DNA of 63,936 bases, filler included, from Conidiobolus incongruus B7586 (taxonomy: Eukaryota): assembly GCA_000697335.1 (NCBI GenBank). It is 8 parts of 8 records of this genome, joined end to end, with 100 filler letters (N's around TTAATTAATTAA, not from the genome) between each part and the next. Parts side by side here need not be neighbours in the genome. Positions count along the whole stretch, not along the records: positions 52,571 to 60,490 come from JNEM01006283.1; positions 60,591 to 62,205 come from JNEM01006298.1; positions 62,306 to 63,936 come from JNEM01006309.1; 5 more parts are not named here. One strand, 5' to 3'. The position numbers were made by a program, and so were the translations under genes. How positions within the stretch are numbered: position 1 is the first letter of the stretch; every line of letters begins with the position of its first letter. The notes beneath the pieces were generated by a model. That model had not been told where the DNA came from, did no database searches, and worked only from the letters and a program-made list of their open reading frames with translations. Below are positions 54,184-63,936 of this stretch, one piece after another.

Positions 54184-54490
54184 AGTAATAGTTCAGTTGA
54201 ATTGATAGCTCATTTTTAACAATCAGCTAAGTGAGGGTTGTAAAGTTATTCAGTCCTGACTGTTAAATAGGGTTATACAATCATCTGTGTGTAGCTGCTC
54301 CCAAGCCTGAGAGAAAAAGAAACAACTGAATATAGCGCGCCACACACAAGTATATACATCGACGCGCTGATATCTTAAATACTAGGCATCGAGCGCATAG
54401 GGCCGCAAATACTCTCTTTCGCCGTATTGAGAAATCGCTACATGTTTATTGTGGAAGCGCTGCCGCCACCCGTTGCAGACAGGTGATACT
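54184..54490 (-). mobile_element. Solo LTR-like element, family C, AGT...ACT termini (307 bp)
   Basis: CpG-rich island bounded by AGTA...TACT, with ATATT on both flanks (54179-54183 and 54491-54495). TATTTAAG TATA-like box on the minus strand. Confidence 0.6.
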
Positions 54491-57400
54491 ATATTGATAC
54501 GATATTATTGATGATATCTCCTGCCAAGGAAACATCTTCCGTGGACATTGCAAATACAAACCCGATTATATCTTTTGGGTGCTCCTACTGTCCTGTATCA
54601 GGCGTCCTCCCTAGTTCTGGTAGTTTTGAAATACCAGCTTCCAAAATCAACCTTGCATCCCCCGGAAGAATGCTGTCAATATTCAGAACAAATAAAATAA
54701 ACACTGTTAATGAAAGTAATCCATTCTGAAATATCAATCATGTTACTCACTTTCAAATTATGTCAACCAAATTTGAAGCAAATTTATATTATCATGGCAA
54801 AATTAATTATTGATGATAGATTTTAAAAATGTGACTATTGATTTAGAAATTGAAGAATAGGTTTAGTTATTTTTGAATATAAAACTCTTTAAAAACTCTT
54901 AAATAATTAAATTATTTAATTGTTATACCTTTAATTAACATGTGTTAGATATTTTATAATATTAACTATTCTTTTGATAAAATATTTATCAAATTATTAT
55001 TATTTACTTATAAAAGATAAAATTATAAATTATTCTGTAATTATCCAATTATAAGATTAACATTTAAGTGTTTTTATATGTATGAAAATTTCAAATATAA
55101 TAATAATAATAATAATTTATAATTGAAAAAAACTATGGATTGTAAAAACTGCTAACTAGTCAACTTATAATTCATCAAGCATTATCATATTGGACCGTAT
55201 TAGTTAGAAATCGTATTCCTAGAAGTAATCTTTTTAGTTCTAACACAGTTGATGTTAGGAATATTAGTGATGAAAAAACAATGAATATAAATAATTTGAT
55301 AGATGATTCAATATTAAACATGAAAAAGAAAATTAAGGATAATTTTAGTATTAAAATATCAATATATTTAACAGATATCTAATAATAATATTTAACAATC
55401 AAAAAAACTTTAGAATTTTTATTCATTATTTATGTTTCAAATTCGCTAGTATTTAGTGTCACAACTATTGCAATCCAAAAAGATTGAATTATATTTTGTT
55501 AACCAAATGAATTTTTAAATATAATCATTGTAATACTAAATTTATTGGACTTGAACTAATGAACTAAAAGTTATAATATAAATAAACTTTAAATGAATTG
55601 GGATGTTACTTATATAATTATATACAGAAATTTTGTAAACTTATTTGTATATTTCTTTTGAAATGAAGTCAATTACAAAATAATTTATTACTACTTTGAA
55701 CAATTGAATTGTCTTTAAGAGATACTAGTATCATTGGGATAACGATAAGATATTACAATAAAAATTTGATGTTGAACATAACCAAATACTTATCTTTATA
55801 ATCATTTTTTCTATTTCTATAAGAAATATTTTACATTTTTATGAATTGGAGTATAATATTTTTAAATATGCTATATATAGATGATGAATAGTGTATTCAT
55901 TGATTGATTAACCTTGATCAAGGCATATTTCTTCAATTATCATTTGATTAGATATAATCATTCATTTATATTTCTTTTGAATTAAAAAATTCATCAATCC
56001 AAAGTAAAAAATATAATATTTTCATTCTTTATAAATTGAATTGTATTTAAAATATCAATGCTTTGTTTTTGAAAAAACTAGTAATGTTCAGTAAGAGGAT
56101 AAGAATGATAACAGATATTCCAGTTTTGTTTCTATAAATAAGGTGAATTATTGATAAGTAAAACTAATAAAAGAAATGCATGTTTGATGGGTATTCTACC
56201 AAAAGTTCATTGCTATATTGCTTTCTATAAATCATAACGTAAACATGAAAACTGAATAACCAGTATAATATTTTTAAGTCAATCTTGCCAAATCGATAAT
56301 CCTTTCAATAATATTAGGCTATAGAAATATAAAATTTTCTAAGAACAAGCAGTTCATTATAAGATAAAGTTAGCGATAACGAACTTTTAAAATCAAAGAT
56401 ATGGAAGATAATAAAAGGATAATCTCACATTAGTATGACTCAACATTTGAGAGAAAATAAAGCTATTATATATACCCCCTATATATAGTAAAAAGGAGAT
56501 TTTTTACCCGAATTTAAACCAATGATAGTTTAGGTTTATAATTATATAGATAAATTAGAATAAATTAAAATATTAATAACACTATTATAAATATATTATT
56601 GAAAAACTGCTTATAAACAGTTTTTAATTTCTTATTTAAATATTTTAGTTGAAAATTTAAACCCTAATGATTTTTATATTGATTAAACAATTTCTTGGAA
56701 ACTATCAAGTCAATATTTTTAAATGATTAATATCGATTATGAAGTAGATATTACTAATCAACTACCGCTGACTACCCTTTGAAAGAAAGCCGATCGAGTG
56801 AAAATCTATTGTAAAGGTTAAATTGACATGAAAACACTTAAATATAAAAGTAAATCAAGTTCATATCTCTAAAATCTTCAATGATTAATCTTGTTTCATC
56901 GAATAGATTTATGGATAATTACTAATTAGTTTTTAATGCAATTGTCTAATTCAAGGAATACCACATTTTATACAAGAATTAACTGTATGAAATATAAAAG
57001 TATCTAAAACATAATTTATTATAGTTCGTTGATGCTATTTATACTGATTTTAATTGATAATGAATGATAAGTTTTGCTTAATAGAAAACTTATATTCAGC
57101 CTTTTTTATCTAAAAAGATAAAGATCCAAAGAATTAAATCAAATCAGTTTAATATGTGATCTGATATAATATTGATACAATTAGATAGAATGCTGAGTGA
57201 CTTTATTTCGTTTTAATTAGATTAAATGACGACTAATAAAATATCTGCCTCATCAAATTTGCTTTGATATACAATTGTATAAGATATTGAAACAAAGTAA
57301 AAAGGATTGATTCTGGATGGGTCAATGTAATAATTTTGTATGAAATGAAAATGTGCTATGATCATATATGATTATATGAAACCAATACAGTCAATATTTC

Positions 57401-58355
57401 ATAATATAAAGTAATTATTTCTATTCATATCCTGATGTTGTGAAGAAACAGTCAAGATATAAAGTTTAATATTAATAATTCAATGATTTTAGGGGATTTA
57501 TAATCAATTTAATATTGAAAATTAAACAATCAATTAATAGAATGAGTGAATATTCACCGTTGAAATCCACTAATATTAGGCTCTTCAGCATAATTAGCAA
57601 ACTTTTAATTTTTATTCATTGCAATTAATTAATTAATATAATATGAATTGTGAAAATTAAAGGATTTAGATGATTCAATAACAAATCATAAATTATTTTT
57701 ATAAATTACTGAGTTGGATACGGGGAAAATTGATCCTATCACGTTTCGTTTTCATGGAGGCTTAGCTTAATTTTGGCCTAAACCGGGTAAAATTTTAGGT
57801 TCTTAGTTGATAATAAGTAGTTTACCTCAAAAATTATCCAATAAAGTAATTACAACTACCAAATCATCTATTTTAGATAACCTATCATTAGTTCACTTCT
57901 ATAATTACTTGCTTGTAATGCTAAGCTTGCCTATTTTTATTAATTCAAATTGATTAAGATCAGTTATTCTCTCACAATAATAAAAAATTAACTACTTTAT
58001 AATTGAATTTTAATTATGAAATATTGAGCCGAAATCCATATATTGTGAAAGTTAACTGAAATTTAAATTCGAATATTATTGAAAAGTTATCTAATTAATA
58101 CTAATTTTTCGTTATTTTAATCTGAAATCTATAGTTATATCAAAGAAATAGTATATTTTATATAATATTTAATTTTTAATTTATCAATAAATATAGGAAA
58201 TTTAGATCAATTATTCAATACAAGCCATTTATCCAAAATGGTTCTAAATTCAATAATCTGGCTTATTTCACACTAAGATGATATAATTGGAATCAGAAAT
58301 TTTATGAGTTGTAAATGATAGTTGAAGTAAAGAAATTTATCTAAATTGATTTTTC

Positions 58356-58393
58356 TCATGTGATGGCAGTCAAAAAATCCAGTTAGTATAAAA
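58356..58393 (+). promoter_or_regulatory. Candidate E-box (TCATGTGA) and TATA box (TATAAAA) upstream of FAS
   Basis: TCATGTGA at 58356-58363 and TATAAAA at 58387-58393, about 230-260 bp before the ATG. Confidence 0.35.
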
Positions 58394-58615
58394 TAGCATT
58401 AATGGCTTTGACTATAGGTAATATTTTCGTTGTGTGAACAAATATTGTGTAAAAGAAAGAAGCTATTATTGTTCTTTCCATAAAATCTTTTAAATATCTC
58501 AAATCAACTTAATCAAACCTATTATTCAGACGTTAATCTAATTCGTCTCTGCTGAAATTAATTCAAATTTTCTATCTTCTGCATATTTAAATTCTTATTT
58601 TCATCTTTACTTAAA

Positions 58616-60490
58616 ATGTCTTTGTCTCCTCGTTCTCGTCAACTTAGTTTCCATGGTCTTTCTCCCTCTCAACGCCCACTTTATATCAGAGTCGCCAACA
58701 AAGAAATCCGCATTCTAATCAACAACGACCACTGGAGTGCTGCTGAGCAGCTCCGTGAAGAATTCACCCAAGCCGGATTGCCTGAATCAGTCAATATTGA
58801 TGACTTAACCAATATTGAATTAACCGCTCACTTCTTGAAATTCGTGACTGAGAGAGCTGATCAAGACGAAATTACCTCTTTTTACCCTCTTGTTCAAATT
58901 GTTTTTGAGCATTTGAGAGATAAATACTTGAAAAGGAACGATGTCCATGCTGCAACTCGTGATCTTTCCTCCGAAGCTCGCAATGCCGTCATTCAAGCTT
59001 ATTTCCATGCTTTGAATTCTCTTAGCCGCGAAACAGATATCGATATCTCTCAATATGAAAATTACTCTTCAGCTTTATTTAAAGCGGCCAAATATAAAGA
59101 TGCTTCGCTCTTTGCCATTTTTGGTGGTCAAGGCAACAATGAAGAATATTTCGATGAGCTTGTTGAAGTGTATAATGTGTATGAAAGCATTCTTGGTCCC
59201 TATGTTGAATCAATGTCCCAGGTTATTAAGGACCTTTCTTTGACCGAAATTGGTAAGAGTATTCATCCCAAAACTTTGGATATTCTCAACTGGATCAAGG
59301 ACTCCGAATCCCGTCCTGACACCCAATACTTAGTCTGGGGTCCTGTCAGTTTACCAGCTATTGGTTTGCTACAGCTCTGTCACTACTATCTCACCATGCG
59401 CCTATTGGGTATGACTCCTGACCAATTCCGTCAACACTTTGTTGGTGCTACTGGTCACAGTCAAGGTATCATTTCTGCTGTTTGTTTAGCTTCATCCACA
59501 TCCGAAGAATCCTTCTTCGAGAATTCTGAAAAGGTATTATCCTTACTTTTCTTCATCGGAGGAAGAGCTCATCAACATTATCCTCAAGTTACCCTCAACC
59601 CCTCCATCTTACGTGACTCTTTGGCCAACAACGAAGGTAACCCCAGTGTTATGCTTTCTGTTGTCAATTTGCCTTTAGCCACTGTTCAAGAATATGTTGA
59701 AAGCACCAATCAACATTTACCTGAAGATCGTCAAATTTATATTAGTTTGGTAAACGGCGCCAGATTCATCAATCTTGTGGGTCATCCTCAGAGTTTGTAT
59801 GGTCTTAACACTGCTCTGAGAAAGATCAAAGCTCCCACTGGACTTGATCAATCCAGAGTCCCTCACAGTCAGAGAAAACTCAAATTCGTTACCAAATTTA
59901 TTCCAATCACTCATCCATACCATTCTCCTTATCTTACCAATGTCAATTCATTAATTTTTGATGATTGTAAGAAATATCATATCGAATTTTCTGCTTCTGA
60001 CATTAAAATTCCTGTATACAGTACCTACGATGGTAGCAATTTACAGGAATCAAATGATGTTTTAGTGGATTTGGTTAATATGATTTGCACTCAGCGTATC
60101 GATTGGATCAAAGCCACTAATATTCAAGGCCTTACACACATCATTGACTTTGGTCCTGGTGGTGCTTCTGGTATCGGTGGCTTGACCTTCCGTAATAAGC
60201 AAGGTACTGGTGTTCAAGTTATTATTGCTGGTTCCTTGACTGGTCCCAACAAGCAGCTCTCCTACAAGGCTGATTTATTCGATTCTGACATCTCTGCTGT
60301 TCGCTATTCCGCTAACTGGGCTGAAGAATATCGTCCCAAGTTAGTTAAGACTGCTAAGGATGGTCGCATTTTTGTTGACACTCCTATGACTCGTCTTCTT
60401 GGTAAGCCTCCTTTGATGGTTGCTGGTATGACTCCATCTACCGTATCTGGTGAGTTTGTCAGTGCCGTCATGAACGCCGGTTATCACGTC
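58616..60490 (+). CDS. FAS1: Fungal type I fatty acid synthase, beta-chain N-terminal part (acetyltransferase and start of enoyl reductase), truncated by contig end
   Basis: AIFGGQGN, GATGHSQG, LDQSRVPHSQRK, THIIDFGPGG and PPLMVAGMTPST. The ORF is open into the spacer. Confidence 0.95.
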
Positions 60491-60590
60491 NNNNNNNNNN
60501 NNNNNNNNNNNNNNNNNNNNNNNNNNNNNNNNNNTTAATTAATTAANNNNNNNNNNNNNNNNNNNNNNNNNNNNNNNNNNNNNNNNNNNN

Positions 60591-62139
60591 TAAAATCAAA
60601 AACACTTATATTTTTACTAATAACTTAATTAATATTTAATAAAATAAACCTAAATTAAATAATTAAAATCTATTATATTTATTAATTATATATATCATTA
60701 AATGATGATATTTAACTATTAATTAGTTAAAATATAAACTTTTAAATTTTACCTAAGGTGAGTTATAAATTTGTAGGTTTTTGGTGATAAAAAAAAATTA
60801 AAACCTAGTGTATCTACCTTTAACTTTTTTAACTTCTTTAAGTTTATAAGATATAAAATCAATTAACTTCTTATATTAAAAAGGGTTAATTTTATTCTAT
60901 GCTTCTTAAATATATTTTTAAAGTTGATTTAAATTTTTTATTAGGGGGAAAGCTTTAATAACTTTTTTTAACTAATCCTAAAAGTATTTAATTAAATTAA
61001 AGTTAAAAAATTAAAAAAGCTACTTTATAACTATTATTTTATTATTTTTAAGCTATTTGGTAATAAAAGTTATAATATAATAAAAGGTATTATCTTACTA
61101 AAAAATAATATTTAATTTGTTTAACTTATATTATTTAATAGTTTTTTCAATTTATTGTTTAGAATACTTTAATACATTTTAGTATTAATTCCCCTATTAA
61201 CTTTATAAAGATATTTTATATCTAAAGATAATATATATCCCTAAATAATAATTAACTTACTATTATACTTTTAGGTAAAATTAACATAATAATTATAAAG
61301 TAGTTTTATATTTTTTTTAAAGTATTTAGTTTTTTTATTAAATTTACTACAGTATATTTTTGTTTCATTAAATTAAATAACCTTATTTTAATTAGTTTTA
61401 ATTTAACTTTAATAGTGACATTTAAACTCTTACCTAATTATATAATAGGATTTCTTTAGTTAAAGGTGTTTTTTCTTAAAGTATAAGTGGTATCTATATT
61501 AATATAAAGTATATATAATAGTATTAATGTTAACTAATATTCTTATATAGTTTTATAATTCTTGTTATATTTTTATAATAGTATTATATTTATTTGTATT
61601 AACCAACCTATAAATATACTTCTTATTATATTTATCTATGATTTTAACATATTTAAGTTTAAGTTTAAATGTTTCTTTATTGTTATTCTTAACAACTTTA
61701 ACTATAATAAACTAGCTAACATTAGTAATTCTAGCAATATCACAAGTTAATTTACTTTCTTTATAAAGTTAATTAATATACAAATAGATTTTTTTAGAGA
61801 GGGATTTAAGTATAATAATACTAATAAAAAAAATTTAGTATATTTGTAAAATATTATATAAAATAATAATAAAGAGAGAAAAAAGATATGATTATATATT
61901 GTTAAATATATCTTTTTATCTTAAAAACTTGTAAATTTATAACTTATCTTAGTTAAATATTAAAAGTTAATATTTTTGCTAATAGTTTACTAAATATATC
62001 TAAATATATATATTTATTATTAAATAATATATCTTAACTATATATTATAGTTTTAAGTAATTTAATATATATAATTGTTTTAGTTATTAATTAAGATATA
62101 TATATTTTTGATTTTATAACTTACTTTTACAAATTAGTA
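60591..62139 (-). mobile_element. Near full-length hypermutated Tc1-like (DD34E) transposon with long TIRs
   Basis: Dead ORF 61813-60798 (~339 codons): *NKVI*FNETKI (WNKVIWSDETKI), FT*KYNSKLIII*GYI (PTxKHGG..MxWGC), IIF**DNTFYY (FQQDNAPCH), *LF*FFNFNLIKYF*D (WPxQSPDLNPIEHLWD), KVKGRYTRF*. D-to-E spacing is 34. TIR at 62106-62139 followed by TA. Confidence 0.9.
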
Positions 62140-62305
62140 TATAAAAATATTAATATTAATTAATATTCTTATATAGTTTTATAATTTTTATTATAATTTT
62201 ATAATNNNNNNNNNNNNNNNNNNNNNNNNNNNNNNNNNNNNNNNNNNNNTTAATTAATTAANNNNNNNNNNNNNNNNNNNNNNNNNNNNNNNNNNNNNNN
62301 NNNNN

Positions 62306-62700
62306 TAAGGTTAAAACTATATTTTATTAATATTATAGTATATGAATACTACTTAATATAAATTTTAATATATTAATAACTTATTTTAATTTAAAGCTTA
62401 ATTAAACTTTGTTTATATTTATATATTATATTTTGTATTATCTTATTATATTTTATATTATATTACTTTTATATTAAGCTTTCCTCTATATTATATTGGT
62501 TTAACTACCACTATACTTATATAATAATAATAATAAAATTATTAAAATTCTTTTAGTAAAATAATAATTATCTGTATTAATTATATTTATTTTTATTTTA
62601 AATCTTATTTATAACTTATTTTATTTAAATTTAATACTATATATTATAATGTGATTAAAAAATACCCTTACAATATTTTAATAGTAATAGTAATTTAATT
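62306..62700 (-). repeat. Hypermutated repeat related to 40150-40400
   Basis: Shared segment TATATTAAG..TTCCT.TATATTATATTGGTTT plus neighbouring blocks. Boundaries approximate. Confidence 0.5.
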
Positions 62701-63936
62701 ACTAAATAAATTTAAGACTTTAATCTTTAAAAACTTATTGTTTTTAAAAAACTTACATTAAATAACTTTTGATTAAGAAAAACATAATTTAAAAAGGTTA
62801 AATCTAACAAACTAGTTATTTTATTATTATTAATATATTAAACTATTTCTTTAATATTTTTAAAGATAAACTAACTATATATAATAATATTAAAAACTAC
62901 TATAAGTTTAAAAATTATTTTTAAAATATAAAAAGTTATTTTAATTTAATTTTTGATAAAAATCTAAAAATTATCACTAAATTAGTTATTTTTTTTAGAA
63001 AAATCTACTTATATTTAATAGTTAACTTATTATAAACTTAACCTTAAAAAATCTTTAAAGGGATAATTTATTATCAAAATATAAACTTTGAAATAATTAG
63101 TAAAAGCTTTTAAAAAAGATATTATTTAAAAGATATAATTTAATTAATAAAAGTAAAGCTTTCTTAACATAAATAAAAAGATTTTACAAAATAATTAATT
63201 GAGAAATTTAATAAGATATGCTTTAATATATTAAATATCATTAAAGAAGAATAAATCCACAAATTATTATAATATCTTAATTTTTAAATAAAGCTCTAGT
63301 TAATTAATAAGGAAAATTTTAATAATAATTTTTTAATATTAGTAATATAATAATAATAATTAATAATATCTTTTCTTCTATAACTAAATCTTTTTACTTA
63401 AAGAATTAACTTTTAAATATTTATTTTAATATATTAATCTTAAATAATAAATATTTATATTTAAAGATTTTATAAAAAAACTTTTAATAAAAAAATTGAA
63501 GTTTATTTAAAAGTTAATAAAAGTTATTATTACTATTAAAGAGTTTGAATTAATTATAAAGTTAATAAATATCTTTTAAAAAAATAACATCAGTTTAATT
63601 TTTGATAATCTTAATCTACCAATTATAAATTAAACTTAAATAATATTAATATAACTTTAAAATTACTTTTTTAAATTAGTTAACCAATTTTAAACTAATT
63701 TTTAAAAACTCTAATAAATTAATGATTTTATAAAATAAATTATATATACTAAATAGATTTAATTTATTAAACATTTAAAAATTACAAATATCTTAATAAT
63801 TAATTTATCTTATAGTTTTTTACACTTAATTATCACTTTATTGTTAATTTAATTAAATACTTTATAAATACACTTTTTATTGTTTTAATTAAATCTAATT
63901 GGTTTAATTATATTATCTTTTTTTTAATTTTTTAAA

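Noticed and set aside
54285..54315. Minus-strand CAGGCTTGGGAGCAG resembling SRP RNA helix 8
   Set aside because: It lacks the GNRA-capped stem, and the flanking direct repeat and termini fit an inserted element better. An Rfam search would settle it.
25353..60490. Apparent lipid-metabolism cluster (P450, two ALDHs, acyl-CoA synthetase, FAS)
   Set aside because: The genes lie on four different contigs and are interspersed with housekeeping genes, so there is no evidence of a cluster.
1..63936. CRISPR arrays, rRNA, tRNA and spliceosomal snRNA genes
   Set aside because: I recognised no repeat-spacer pattern or conserved RNA gene signature by eye. Intron-containing tRNAs could have been missed.

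Overview
Very AT-rich eukaryotic (fungal) genomic DNA, made of eight contigs joined by seven artificial 100-bp spacers (44 N + TTAATTAATTAA + 44 N). Short GT-AG introns (about 45-86 bp), a fungal type-I FAS, a trypsin relic and F-box/LRR-like relics suggest an early-diverging fungus, possibly Conidiobolus-like Entomophthoromycotina (inference only). Intact genes: sugar porter, NOSIP (8 exons, missed by the ORF track), a PH-domain protein, eRF1, a cytochrome P450, two aldehyde dehydrogenases, Ras, a divergent acyl-CoA synthetase ending in SKL, an RBBP4/MSI1-like WD40 protein and an ACS-family MFS transporter. The 5' part of FAS is also present. Pseudogenes: a trypsin-like protease and SDE2. The most striking signal is in the apparently featureless AT-rich contig ends. 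These decode as DD34D mariner and DD34E Tc1 (IR/DR-type) transposons destroyed almost entirely by C>T and G>A transitions, a RIP-like pattern. Nearby ~300-bp solo-LTR-like elements keep their GC and CpG content.
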